Translations under genes and position numbers: made by a program
Shown here: positions 1 through 14,879 of the stretch, one piece after another
Position numbering within the stretch: the first letter of the stretch is position 1
Layout of the letters: each line of letters opens with the position of its first letter
Origin: Eledone cirrhosa
Taxonomy: Eukaryota
Reading direction: 5' to 3'
Assembly (NCBI GenBank): GCA_964016885.1
Contig: OZ024748.1
Location: 31,682,001-31,746,000 of the forward strand
DNA length: 64,000 nt
The notes under the pieces: generated by a model
What the model was told of the DNA's origin: nothing
The model's database searches: none
What the model saw: only the letters and a program-made list of their open reading frames with translations

Positions 1-453
<453 letters not shown>

Positions 454-989
454 AAAAGTTCTATTTAAATTGTTGGGATACAACAAGCAAATATTTTTAT
501 AACTGATATAAAGCACTCAACAAATATTTGGAGTAAAAACATATACATATTATATATGTATATTCCATTCATGATTATTAATATTTCTAATTTTATTTAT
601 TCATTTCATCTCAAATGTTAAAATAACTCAACAAGATATGACTTAGAGTTTTCGTTCTCTCTCCTTTCTCTGTCTCCTTTTTCTCTATCTTTTTCTCTCT
701 GTTGTTCTGCTCTTTCTCTCTCTTTCTCTTTCTCCGTAACCCAACGGCTTATTTAAAAATATCCAATACTAACTTACCTAATAATATAATTAAAGTTATA
801 ACTCCACTATCCTGGAGCTTCCAACACTAATGGTTGCATTCTTTAAGGGTATGTCAATATTTATTTATAAAACTGCTCTATATTATATTTTATGTGATGA
901 AAGCACACCATAATTTAACTTGGTGTCATTGAAATATGTATAATGAAATAAAGATGGTTTTATAAATATAGTTTCCATTTGTTAATATC

Positions 990-990
<1 letters not shown>
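454..990 (+). mobile_element. PLE family B pseudo-LTR fragment with inverted tail and decayed HHR (886-950, core GTGATGA)
   Basis: 3' end ...ggttttataaatatagtttccatttgttaatatcg matches 10520-10561, 35705-35747 and 50783-50826. Segment 454-540 is the reverse complement of the family B tail. Confidence 0.75.
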
Positions 991-1061
<71 letters not shown>

Positions 1062-1078
1062 GTATATATATATATATA

Positions 1079-2313
1079 CGGGGTAACAAATAATAGTTAA
1101 ATGCAGTCCACTTAGGTATAGTCCAGTTATGGTATTCCAGGTAGTGGATGATATCAACGCTTGGCTTGGTTTGACTCAACAAGGCGTTTTCATAGTGATG
1201 CTGCGGGTATGCTGTAATTCCTATGTTGTAATAATAAATCAGGAAAGAAGGTTGCAAAAATGGTTTTTAATCTCATAGCTGACAATTGTTTCTCTGAACT
1301 GGTAGGTCTAGAGATCGCTATTCGCTTGTTTTCACGTTACTCGATCGCCAATACAAAATTATAATCAGTCAGTTCTTCGGAGCGTGCGAGAATGAAGAGA
1401 ATACACAGGCAAGAAAAGAATATACAGGCTACTATATGAAGTAGTAATGGCATTCAGTTAGAACAATAACAACAATTACAACAATGCTATTAATAAATTA
1501 TTTGAGGAGACCCTGACATTAGGTGGGGGGGGTATAGTGTATCTAAGATTTCGGCGTGTAAAACTAGCTGTCATGAGGCAGAAGTAAAAGTTTGGCATGT
1601 ACAGAGTATCGAAGTGTGTATCAATTTTAAATTATAAAGATAAGCCAGTGTTTACAGTCTTTCTTTTCATCTTCAATAACATACATGAGTGGGACAACAC
1701 TGTCAAAGCTAAATAGTGGTTGAGTTAATACAGAGGTTAAGGAGGTAATATACTCATATATTTATACACACACACGCACACACACATACACACACACACA
1801 TATATATATATATATACACATGCATGTGTACATAGACACCTACATACACATCAATATACACGCGTACAAAAATATACATACATGCAAAGAGATAAGGGTG
1901 CTAATTGTAATTATGGCAAAAGGAAGGTAAAGTTACATTGTAGTAGTGATTTGAGAAAAACTAGGATTTAGGATGAAATGATGGCAGCAGCTGAGAAGGA
2001 ATAAGTTTGTGGGTTGATGAGGTACTTACAGACATTTGTGTGGTATAGACTTGTGAAGGCTAGAGTATACTTAATGAGTATATTTCTGTGGGTAGTGGGT
2101 ATACTAATTTAAAGTTATGTTGTGTTGGTTCGATTCACGGAGGTTTGAATCTTATGAATTTAGTGGCAATTCTATGTCTGCAGAAGATAGATCTTTCTAA
2201 CTTATTGTTAAGTAGCCTTTTTACATTTTTGAGGATATACATTAGTTCAAGATCACATAGCCCGCAGTGGGACATACCTGTACTATAGGTTTTAGCAGCC
2301 GGCAACTTCGACC
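1079..2313 (-). mobile_element. 5'-truncated Naiad-like PLE (GIY-YIG C-terminus 2135-2312 plus 3' UTR)
   Basis: Peptide [35 protein letters not shown] aligns to the CxLCxxE..LN.R....CxH terminus of the other PLE ORFs here. Flanked by (TA)n. Confidence 0.75.
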
Positions 2314-3263
<950 letters not shown>

Positions 3264-3264
<1 letters not shown>

Positions 3265-4420
3265 TACTCTTTTACTCTTTTACCTGTTTCAGCCATCCGG
3301 CTGAGGCCATGCTGGGGCACCGGCCTTGTTGCTACACATTTTATCTCCAGCCTGTATAGGTTGGCCACTGGTGTAGGAGGGAGTTTGTTGCTGCTGCCCT
3401 TAGGTTTCCCTCGTGTCTTGCTGTGGGCTCATCCCGGATCCTGGATAACAAGGTGTCGAGATGTTTCTTAAAGACATCCACCTCCACGTCATGCAAGTCT
3501 CTCAGATGCCTCGGCAGCCTGTTGAAGAGTTGAGGGCCCTTGAATCCCAGGCTATTGCAATACCTGCTCCTTATTCTAGATGTGGAAGACGGGACCTTTG
3601 GCACCACACAGTGACGTCCTGTTCGACGGTTGGTCCAGCTCCCAATGCCAAAGTTTGGTGCTAGTCCCTCCAGGATTTTCCACATGTAGATCACTGCGTA
3701 TCTCTCCCGTCTTCGCTCCAAGGAGTAGAGGTTCAGTTCCTTTAGCCTCTCCCAGTAGCTTGTCTCCCTCATCTTGGCAATCCTCTTGGTGTAGCTTCGC
3801 TGGATTGCCTCAAGCTCCGTGGTTAGTTTGACACTATGGGGTGACCACAGCTGGGAGCAGTAGTCCAGGCGGCTTAGGACAAAAGTCCTTCACAGTGTCA
3901 ACATGGTGTCTCGATCTCTTGTAAGGAAAGTCCTCAAGATCCAGCCAGCGAATCATCTACATGTTGTCGCCACCTTCATGATGTGTGAAGAAAAAGATGC
4001 ATCATCGCTCATGTCTATGCCCAGGTCTTGTATCGATTTTGACACGGGGATATCGGTCCCTCCTGGTCCTGTGTAGCTGTGTTCCACTATATTTGTGTTT
4101 GTAGGTTTGTATTGTAGGGCTTGGAATTTGCCAGCATTAAACTGCATGTTGTTTTCTTCCGCCCATCTGTATATGGCATCCAGATCCTGCTGTAAAAGGG
4201 CAGTGTCAGCCGGGTTTTTTGATTGCCTGTGCTACCTTAGTGTCATCAGCATAGCTAGTGAGGGATGTTGTTGCATGCACCACAGAGCGCATGTCCGAGA
4301 GAGCCACCAAAAACAGTAGTGGTCCCAGGACTGTCCCCTGGGGCACCCCAGTTGTTATCGGTGTTTCCCTCGAGAGGGCCATGTTTCCCTCGAGTGAGCC
4401 ATGTTTTCCTCGAGAGGGAA
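3264..4420 (-). mobile_element. 5'-truncated, frameshifted CR1-like LINE (ORF2 RT C-terminal part and 3' tail)
   Basis: Motifs [28 protein letters not shown] and SYWERLKELNLYSLERRRERY. 3' tail ends in (GTAAAAGA)2 abutting (TA)n. Confidence 0.9.
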
Positions 4421-4490
4421 TATATACATATATATATATACATATATATATATATACATATATACATATATATGTATATATATATATGTA

Positions 4491-4554
<64 letters not shown>

Positions 4555-4809
4555 GGAGGTGAGTTTTATTGTAGTACAATAAAGCAATGCAGATATCGGA
4601 TAAGTAGCACTCTACAGTTTGTAGGACTGGAGTATAAATAATATATATAAGATCAAAAGATGGTTAAAAGAGTTCCATGTATTTTATTATGCGCATTTCA
4701 AAAACAAAAATCATCATGCGATGACATTTGCGTTTTCGTCAGATAAAATAGGGAGACATGATATGAAGGTTAAAAAACACTTGTGAATAGTGCAGTTATA
4801 AATACTACT

Positions 4810-6494
4810 GAAGTGAATGGCTGGTTCAACAAATTGAATAAGAAAAACAAAACAAAAATTTATTCAATTTGATATTGTCAGCTACTATTCTTCTATTTCG
4901 CCCTCACTTCTCAACAATGCTCTATCTTTCGCTTACAAATATTCAGACGTCACCACAGATGAACTTCACATCATTCTCAGCGCACGTAAAACCATCCTAG
5001 AGTTCAACAATGAATATTGGATCAGAGTTGATACCTCTAACAACTTTGACATCACAATGAGAGCATCCGATTCATCCCAATTGACAGATTTAATTGGTAT
5101 CTTTATTTTGAACTCTTTGAATCGGAAAATTCCTCAACTTCGGGGTGGAATTTATCGTGACGATGGACTCTTTACTATCTTAAATTGCAACATAGTTAAC
5201 CTTAATATTATAAAGAACAATATGCGTAATCTCTTTAACCAACATAACTTAAAAATTGAATTTGATAACAGCATCAAACTAGCTAATTTCTTGGATGTAT
5301 CTCTTAATCTTGACACTGGCCAATATTACCCTTACCATAAAAACAATGAGAACCTAAATTATGTTAATTTTAAATCTAACCACCCCACTAATATTAAGAA
5401 TACTATAGTTAGTAATATAGGAAAAAGAATATCCAACATATCATCTAATAAAAACATCTTTGATGCTAACGCCAATTACTATAATAACGCGCTCTTCTAA
5501 AGCCGGTTATCCTGATAAAATCAAGTATAGTAAAGAAACAAATTCTAGAAGATCTTACAGTAGAATAATTAATCATGATCATTCCAATAACTTTAATAAA
5601 AGACCTAGATACAAAAACATAATCTGTTATAATGCTCCTTTCTCCATCTCTATTAATAATAATATTCCTAAATTATTCTTTAGTGCCTTAAATAAATGCT
5701 TCCCTCCCTCACATATCTATAGTAAAATATTTAACAAACACACTATAACATTTTCCTATTCGACCTCCTCCAACATCTCCAACATTATCTCTAAACACAA
5801 CAATAAAATACTAAATACTAAATCTCTTCCTTCCAACACTGAATATCATAATAATAGTAATATTACTCCCGACGTCATTGTTAACTCTATGCTAATTTAT
5901 GCAAACCCAAATACAACGTCAAACGCAACTTCTTTGAATGTTCTTAATACCATTCTAAATCAAGAAACTATTATTCCTATCGTAAATAACTTCTCCAATC
6001 CAATTCCTTCTATAGATAACACTAGGTCACTTGTTAATAACTCTGTTAATTTCTCTAATCGCAATTGCAATTGCCCCGTTAAAAATAAATGTCCTCTCAA
6101 CAACCATTGTCTTGAAAAAAACTTAATCTACGAATGTAAAGTTATAACTGACACCAATTCCTTTACCTATTTTGGCTCCACTTCCACCTCCTTTAAAGCT
6201 CGTCTTTATAATCATCATTCGTCTTTTAAATACCAACTTAAAAGAACCAACACGGCACTCTCAGAACTCATATGGTCCTTGAAAGACAAAAATATTAATT
6301 ATAACATCTCTTGGAAGAATGTTTGTTCTGCTTCTCCATACTTGAATGGTTCTCTATCCAAGACATGTAATCTCTGTTTATGTGAGAAATTTACCATTAT
6401 ATATAATTTAGATTCGATAATAAATAGACGCACTGACTTGTTTTCTCTCTGCTTGCATAAATTCCACAGAACATTCCATAAAGTATACAGCTAA
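4810..6494 (+). pseudogene. PLE reverse transcriptase/GIY-YIG endonuclease, frameshifted, 5'-truncated
   Basis: ORF track 5057-5500 and 5460-6494; colinear with the uninterrupted 27623-29375 copy. Confidence 0.9.
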
Positions 6495-6548
6495 TATCTA
6501 ATACTTTACCAATTTAAAATCTTTTTCTCAAAGGCACATATATATATA

Positions 6549-7290
6549 CATGGCCATTTGGCAATACAGTTCGTCTTTGTTGATTTATTATTTTAAATCA
6601 ATATGGACAAACTGTAATATTATAATTAGTATACTTCATTCTGGCTAAATACTCTTTTGCAATATAAATACAGATATGTTGGTATTTGTGTTTCATCATA
6701 TATATTAGTTTATACACGGCTCAGAAATATCTCTTTCTTTGAGCTAATTTCATTGTAAAAGAATTCATTACACTTATTATGATTGCTCCTTAGGTCTAGC
6801 TGAACGTAGCCTCATATATACGGCTGTTATTTCTAACAGTACGGTTATGATGCTAGCTAGAAACTGGGAACCATGTGCGTTACACAGTCTTTTAAATTAT
6901 TTAGAAGTGAAGCATATCAATTTGTCCCTGGATGTTTACTGAAGAGAGTAGGACATGATATTCCTTACACTTTTTCATCTCGAAACATATTTGGATTTTA
7001 AAGTTTAAACTTATCTACGGAACAGGTTTGATTTTGAAATTTAAATGTGTCTAAACATCATGGCCATTTGGCAATACAGTTCGTCTTTGTTGATTTATTA
7101 TTTTAAATCGATATGGACAAACTGTAATATTATAATTAGTATACTTCATTCTGGCTAAATTTTCTTTTGTAATATAAATACAGATATGTTGGTATTTGTG
7201 TTTCATCATATATATTAGTTTATACACGGCTCAGAAATATCTCTTTTTTTGAGTTAATTTCATTGTAAAATAATTCATTACACTTAATAT
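6549..7290 (+). mobile_element. retrozyme-like family R1, ~1.45 units of ~510 bp, nested in the PLE 3' UTR
   Basis: 6550-6775 is repeated at 7059-7285. Absent at the homologous site of family A copy 2 (~30400). Contains an HHR. Confidence 0.8.
6931..7059 (+). ncRNA. type I hammerhead ribozyme (R1) with duplicated 3' half
   Basis: GATGTTTA-CTGAAGA-GAG..CTC-GAAA..GTT/TAAAC, plus distal GGAA-CAGGTTTGATTT..AAATTTAAATGTG-TC/TAAACATC. Confidence 0.75.
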
Positions 7291-8209
7291 ATATATACAT
7301 ATATATTTCTTTAAAAATATACCCATCTTTCTACCTTATTTCAATGTTATTTATTATACATTATATAATACTAGTTACTCCTTCTATATCACTCCTATTT
7401 ATCACTTCCCTTTCTTTCTTTTTTCCTTTCTTTTTTTCTTTTTCTTTTAATTTCTAACCTCTAATCAGTACCTTTTCTTCCTAGATACTTCTCAATTCTC
7501 ATTATTACTCACCACAATATATCCTTACCCTTTTAAATACTTTATATCACCTTGAAAAACCTTCGTAAACATAAATATTTTTTGACGTTAGATTATTCAT
7601 CCTCAATTCATTATTTTTTTCTCCCTTTCATGCTCATCTAACTCATACATATTACACTTATTCATCCACTCTTCTACTTCTTTTCACAATATATCCTTAA
7701 TTACATTACTATTGTTATATTTTAATATTTTTTAATAAAACATATCAACAATTTCTTTCCATCGCACATATTATTAAACCCTTAAATACTTTTCTTAATA
7801 CATATTAACAATTTCTTTTCATCGCACATATTATTAAACCCTTCAATATAGAAACCTTAATTTAACATTATTCTAAATAATTTTCTCTTCGTTAATTTTC
7901 AAATTCTTTTAATTTATATATTATCTTCCAACGATTTTTTAACCTCTCTATGTAAAACAATATATTTTTTTCAGTTATAAAAGCTATCTGTCTCTCTCTA
8001 TCACCCATCTCTCCTCCTATCTCATACTTCCTTATTATACTCCAGCCCCTCCACTTTTTACTCTTATCTCCTCCTCTTATTCATCCTTTCCAACCACCCC
8101 TCCTCAATTTTTTCCCCAATATCACACATCAATCTAAAACTACTTTTCATATGTTGATTTAAAACTGCACTATTCACAAGTGTTTTTTAACCTTCATATC
8201 ATGTCTCCC

Positions 8210-8280
8210 TATTTTATCTGACGAAGACGCAAATGTCATCGCATGATGATATTTGTTTTTGAAATGCGCATAATAAAATA
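8210..8280 (+). ncRNA. type I hammerhead ribozyme in family A pLTR (antisense copy 4680-4750)
   Basis: TATTTTAT-CTGACGA-AGAC..GTTTTT-GAAA-TGCGCA-TA-ATAAAATA; 8-bp stem I and palindromic stem III. Confidence 0.88.
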
Positions 8281-8404
8281 CATGGAACTCTTTTAACCAT
8301 CTTTTGATTTTATATATTATATGTATATATATATGTATATATGTATATATATATATATATATATGTATATGTATGTATATATGTATATATATATATATGT
8401 ATAT

Positions 8405-8655
8405 AAAAAATTAGAAAATATATAGCTTTCACCATATTTTTGACCAAAGGAATTTTAGCTTGATAACGGGGTTTAGAACCCTCAGATAAATGGAAAAAGA
8501 TGAGTATTGACGTCAATACTCATCTTTTTCCATTTATCTGAGGGTTCTAAACCCCGTTATCAAGCTAAAATTCCTTTGGTCAAAAATACGGTGAAAGCTA
8601 TATATTTTCTAATTTCAAACTCGCTCACTGTTTCAAAACATACTTACTTGCGAAA
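8405..8655. repeat. fold-back palindrome (centre ~8511), homologous to 59535-59810
   Basis: Near-perfect ~105-bp arms around TTGACGTCAA. Confidence 0.9.
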
Positions 8656-9585
8656 TATATACGACTGTTATTTCTAGCAGTACGGTTATGAGACTAGTTA
8701 GATACTGTAAAACCATGTGTGTCACGCAGTCTTTTAAATTATTTAGAAGTGAAGCATATCAATTTGTCCCTGGATGTTTACTGAGAAGAGCAGGACATGA
8801 TATTCCTACACTTATTTAACTCGAAACATATTTGGATCTTAAAGTCTAAACTTATCTACGGAACAGGTTTGATTTTGAAATTTAAATGTGTCTAAACATC
8901 ACAGCCCCTTGGCAATACAGTTCGTCTTCGTTGATTTATTATTTTAAATCGATATGGACAAACTGTAGTATAATAATTAGTATACTTCAATCTGGCTAAA
9001 TTTTTCTTTTGCAATATATATACAGATGTGTTGGTATCTGTGTTTCATCACATACATATTAATTTATACACTGCTCAGGGGGTATTTTCCTCCTTCGAGC
9101 TGATTCCATTGTAAAAGAATTCATTACCTTATCAATTTTAACTGCTCCTAGTTTGAGCTGCAAGCCGCCTCATATATACGACTGTTATTTCTAGCAGTAC
9201 GGTTATGAGACTAGTTAGATACTGTAAAACCATGTGCGTCACGCAGTCTTTTAAATTATTTAGAAGTGAAGCATCTCAATTTGTCCCTGGCTGTTTACTG
9301 AGGAGTGCAGGACATTATATTCCTACACTTATTTAACTCGAAACATATTTGGATCTTAAAGTCTAAACTTATCTACGGAACAGGTTTGATTTTGAAATTT
9401 AAATGTGTCTAAACATCACAGCCCCTTGGCAATACAGTTCGTCTTCGTTGATTTATTATTTTAAATCGATATGGACAAGCTGTAGTATAATAATTAGTAT
9501 ACTTCAATCTGGCTAAATTTTTCTTTTGCAATATATATACAGATGTGTTGGTATCTGTGTTTCATCACGTACATATTAATTTATG
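8656..9585 (+). mobile_element. retrozyme-like family R1, ~1.8 tandem units of 517 bp (HHRs 8773-8900, 9290-9417)
   Basis: Direct repeat with period 517; cores CTGAGAA and CTGAGGA; GTC cleavage triplets. Confidence 0.82.
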
Positions 9586-9605
9586 TATATATATGTATAT
9601 ATATG

Positions 9606-9757
<152 letters not shown>

Positions 9758-9788
9758 TGTATATATATGTATATATATATATAAATAT

Positions 9789-10072
9789 AGCGGCGATGAA
9801 TTAGTTTTGCGAGGTTTTTTATATGAGATCGTGTGTCGAAACAAATATTGTTATAATTGGGGAGGGTCATATTTGTGTAATATTGCCAGAATTAATAACA
9901 GAACACACTCACTGTTTGGTTGGTCACACAATGGCAACATTGAGGACCGAGTAAGTTAGATTACCGATATAAAAGACACAGAAGCGAGAAGCGAAAACCA
10001 ACCAAACAGTGAGTGTGTTCTGTTATTAATTCTGGCAATATTACACAAATATGACCCTCCCCAAGTATAACA

Positions 10073-10076
<4 letters not shown>
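9789..10076. repeat. inverted repeat element (arms ~9845-9923 / 9998-10076)
   Basis: Arms are reverse complements; flanked by (TA)n. Confidence 0.85.
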
Positions 10077-10104
<28 letters not shown>

Positions 10105-10561
10105 GGAAAGTTATATTTAAATTGTTGGGTTACAACTAGTAAATATTTATAACTGATATAAAAGCACTCAACAAGTATTTGGAGTATATTTACGATATTA
10201 AATAAATGGAAACTATATCTATAAAACCATATTTATTTCATTATATATATTTCAGGGATATCATATTAACAATATGTTATGCCTTCCTCAGACAAAATAC
10301 AATATAGACAGTTTTATAGATAAATAGATTTGACATACCGTTCAACATCGACTTGTATTTGAAAAAGTTGATTTGGCAGATCAACTTTTTCAAATACAAG
10401 TCGATGTTGAACGGTATGTCAAATCTATTTATCTATAAAACTGTCTATATTGTATTTTGTCTGAGGAAGGCATAACATATTATTAATATGATATCCCTGA
10501 AATATATATATAATGAAATAAATATGGTTTTATAAATATAGTTTCCATTTATTTAATATCG
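10105..10561. mobile_element. family B pLTR fold-back (centre ~10378) with HHR 10453-10520 (+) and its antisense copy
   Basis: TATTTTGT-CTGAGGA-AGG..CCT-GAAA-TATATATA-TA-ATGAAATA. Confidence 0.85.
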
Positions 10562-11416
<855 letters not shown>

Positions 11417-12259
11417 ATACGTAGTTTAGAAAGCCACAACAATGCAGAAGGGAAATCTTGAGGTAAGAAGTGAATGATAGATAGGAGAAATAGGAGAAAG
11501 TGAAAATTGAGAGAGACAAAGATGAAAACAAAACAAAGGTAGAAGGGTTACCGTAGTGGAGATTTAATCCCAATATTTCGGGCTCACGCCCATCAACGGG
11601 GGAAAGTTCCAAAAGGGGGGGAACAGGCTAAGCCGGAGAAAGTTGTGATGTCGTTAAAACAGGAATGCCGTTATGGGGAGAAAATTTAAATGAGGGAAAG
11701 AATGCGCGTGCGCGTGATAGGCTGTGGCAAAAGCTACTGACCAAATGGGTTAAATCAAGAGGGTGCACTAGCGTGTGAAAGCCGTAAAATATGTGTGTGT
11801 AAATATATATGTGTGTGTAACTGTGTGTGTATATGTGTAAGTGTGTATATGTGTGAGTGTGTGTGTGTGTGAAAGATAGTGGGCTGTAGAAGCTGGAAAT
11901 CAAAGGGTGTGAAAGGTGGTAGGTTGTAAAACATGTGTGCGTGTATAAATATAGATGTGTGTGTGTATGCGTATGGGTATATATGTGTGTGTAACTGTGT
12001 GTGTATATGTGTAAGTGTGTATATGTGTAAGTGTGTATATGTGTGAGTGCGTGTGTGTGTGAAAGATAGTGGGCTGTAGAAGCTGGAAATCAAAGGGTGT
12101 GAAAGGTGGTAGGTTGTAAAAACATGTGTGCGTGTATAAATATAGATGTGTGTGTGTATGCGTATGGGTATGCATATACGTGCGTGTGTGTGAAAATAGC
12201 AGGCCGTAAGGGCTGTGAATGGTCACTATGGTTAAGTTAGCCATGTCAGCTCATTTCTC

Positions 12260-13110
12260 TCAGCCCTGTATGTCAAGTCCCTCCGTCCGTATGTCCCTGC
12301 GGATGGCGTTAGTGGTATATTCACTCAGGTGGGGGATTTTAAAGAAGCACCTGCTTTTATTTAAGTTTCTTGTGGGTGTCTGTCTATTGGGTCTGGGGTC
12401 TCTAATTCCGTTAATCAGTCGCTTGGGATATCCATTAGACTTGAGTAGATTACGGAATTGCGTGGTATGGGTGAGACCACCCATCGGGTCGCTGCATCTG
12501 TTAGTCATCCGTGTCAGTTCATTTAGGACATAGCCTCTCTTAGCGTTGTTGGGGAGGGCTGAGTTGTAATGCACAAATAAGTCCTTGCACGCTGCTTTGC
12601 GGTAGAAGGTGGTGTTTATGTCTCCTTCTTCCGAGATGTTGATACGGAAGTCGAGGAGGGCGAGTGACCCGTCTTCTCCTGGGTGTTCGATGGTGAAATC
12701 GACGTGATGGTCAGTATCGTTGAAGATTTGGTGAATTTCATTCGCCATCTCCCGGGAAGAAGTAAGTATCAGGATGTCATCAACGTATCTGGAGTAGAAG
12801 GCGACGGCGTTGGGTTGGCAGGTATTGAGTGCCTTGCGTTCCAGGTGGTCCATGTACGAGATCGCAAGTATGCCGGACAGACTAGAGCCCATAGGTAGCC
12901 CAGAGATTTGTTTGTACGTGTGGCCGATGAAATTGAAGAGTGCATTATCCACAACGAAGGAGAGGAGTTGGTGGATGTCCGTGTGTGTGAGTCCGAAGCA
13001 GTGTAAGTTAGATGCTCGGACTCGTTCGGTCAACAGGTCGACGGCTGGGGATGCTGGTACGGAGGTATAAAGGGCGACCACATCAAGACTGAAGGCATAA
13101 CCGTTGTCCT
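12260..13110 (-). pseudogene. PLE reverse transcriptase core and thumb (truncated)
   Basis: FSLDVVALYTSVP, YKQISGLPMGSSLS, YSRYVDDI, LLDFRI, FYRK. Confidence 0.92.
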
Positions 13111-13157
13111 TTCTGGTGTTGGGCGCCAGATGGTGTAGTCGCGATACGGGGGGCAGA

Positions 13158-13445
13158 TTGCCTACGCACCTATGTCGTATATAAGATTCAAGCGATAAAT
13201 GTAACAAGTTTTACATAGGTAGCACCATCCGACCCTTACATGTTCGTATCAAGGAACATATAAACACCAACGCATCTTCCTTCCGTAAACACATCCTTAA
13301 ATGCGGAAACCCACAGGGTAGACCCTTGGTCACAGTCCTAGCGACTGAACGCAGCATTGGATCCTTAAGGATAAAGGAAGCACTTGTTATTAAGAACCTC
13401 AGACCCCCACTTAACAACCGGGCTGAGAGAAATGAGCTGACATGA
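13158..13445 (+). pseudogene. PLE GIY-YIG endonuclease domain (1-nt frameshift; not in ORF track)
   Basis: Hand translation: CLRTYVVYKIQ/DKCNKFYIGSTIRPLHVRIKEH...LRIKEALVIKNLRPPLN. Confidence 0.85.
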
Positions 13446-14342
13446 CTAACTTAACCATAGTGACCATTCACAGCCCTTACGGCCTGCTATTTTCACACAC
13501 ACGCACGTATATGCATACCCATACGCATACACACACACATCTATATTTATACACGCACACATGTTTTTACAACCTACCACCTTTCACACCCTTTGATTTC
13601 CAGCTTCTACAGCCCACTATTTTTCACACACACACGCACTCACACATATACACACTTACACATATACACACACAGTTACACACACATATATACCCATACG
13701 CACACACACAGTTACACACACATATATACCCATACGCATACACACACACATCTATATTTACACACGCACACGTGTTTTACAACCTACCACCTTTCACACC
13801 CTTTGATTTCCAGCTTCTACAGCCCACTATCTTTCACACACACACACACTCACACATATACACCCTTACACATATACACACACAGTTACACACACATATA
13901 TATTTACACACACATATTTTACGGCTTTCACACGCTAGCGCACCCTCTTGATTTAACCCATTTGGTCAGTAGCTTTTGCCACAGCCTATCACGCGCACGC
14001 GCATTCTTTCCCTCATTTAAATTTTCTCCCCATAACGGCATTCCTGTTTTAACGACATCACAACTTTCTCCGGCTTAGCCTGTTCCCCCCCTTTTGGAAC
14101 TTTCCCCCGTTGATGGGCGTGAGCCCGAAATATTGGGATTAAATCTCCACTACGGTAACCCTTCTACCTTTGTTTTGTTTTCATCTTTGTCTCTCTCAAT
14201 TTTCACTTTCTCCTATTTCTCCTATCTATCATTCACTTCCTACCTCGAGATTTCCCATCTGCATTGCTGTGGCTTTCTAAACTACGTATTTTACACATTT
14301 CACAATGCTTCAAGCAAACTTTAACACCCTCTTATATATATG

Positions 14343-14377
<35 letters not shown>

Positions 14378-14519
14378 GTATATATATGTGTATATATATA
14401 TATATATGTATATAAATATATGTATATATATATATGTATATACATGTATATATATGTATATATATATATATGTATATATATATATGTATATATGTATATA
14501 TATATATATGTATACTCTG

Positions 14520-14558
<39 letters not shown>

Positions 14559-14879
14559 TCTTAATAGGCATTTGAACTGTCAACAGGCTGCGGTTTGCAC
14601 ACACATCCCTGCTGACCATTATCACAACAACGAACCTCTTTACTACTACTATACACACACACACACACATATTTGTCTTGAAAGACTTATTTTTCAGTGA
14701 CTTCTCAATCAGCCGAGACAAACCTACATTTGGCGCAAAATCAATTTTTAACATTCACATGACCTCTACCGACCAATCAAAATTGTTTTAACCGCAAGAA
14801 TTTTTTCATACATCTGGAGCCACTTTTTTTAACATAAAACAGGTTGAATTTCCAAGACTAATCAGATTAGTGCAAACAT

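Larger units (their letters stand above)
4551..8310 (+). mobile_element. Naiad-like Penelope element, family A copy 1 (inverted pLTR 4630-4795, decayed ORF ~4810-6494, 3' UTR/pLTR to 8310)
   Basis: RT motifs (FDIVSYYSSI, YRDDG, FLDV) and GIY-YIG (LIYECK..YFGSTSTSFKARLYNH). 4646-4795 is the reverse complement of 8165-8310. Confidence 0.92.
11417..14332 (-). mobile_element. Penelope element of a different (non-Naiad) lineage with inverted ~850 bp pLTRs (11417-12266 / 13420-14290)
   Basis: RT on - strand, GIY-YIG on + strand; arms are reverse complements with internal CA-rich ~180 bp subrepeats. Confidence 0.9.

Noticed and set aside
8455-8500. Possible U3-A8 hammerhead (TTGATAA-CGGGGTT..AACCCTC)
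   Set aside because: No GAAA, stem III or stem I, and the homologue at 59645 reads CTGATAG.
9789-9860. Hammerhead 3' half (GTC-GAAA-CAAATATTG-TT)
   Set aside because: The 5' core and stem I are missing, possibly truncated; cannot be supported as a ribozyme.
11417-14290. DNA transposon TIRs or true LTRs
   Set aside because: The arms include ORF 3' ends and UTRs of an RT/GIY-YIG element; no transposase, integrase or PBS.
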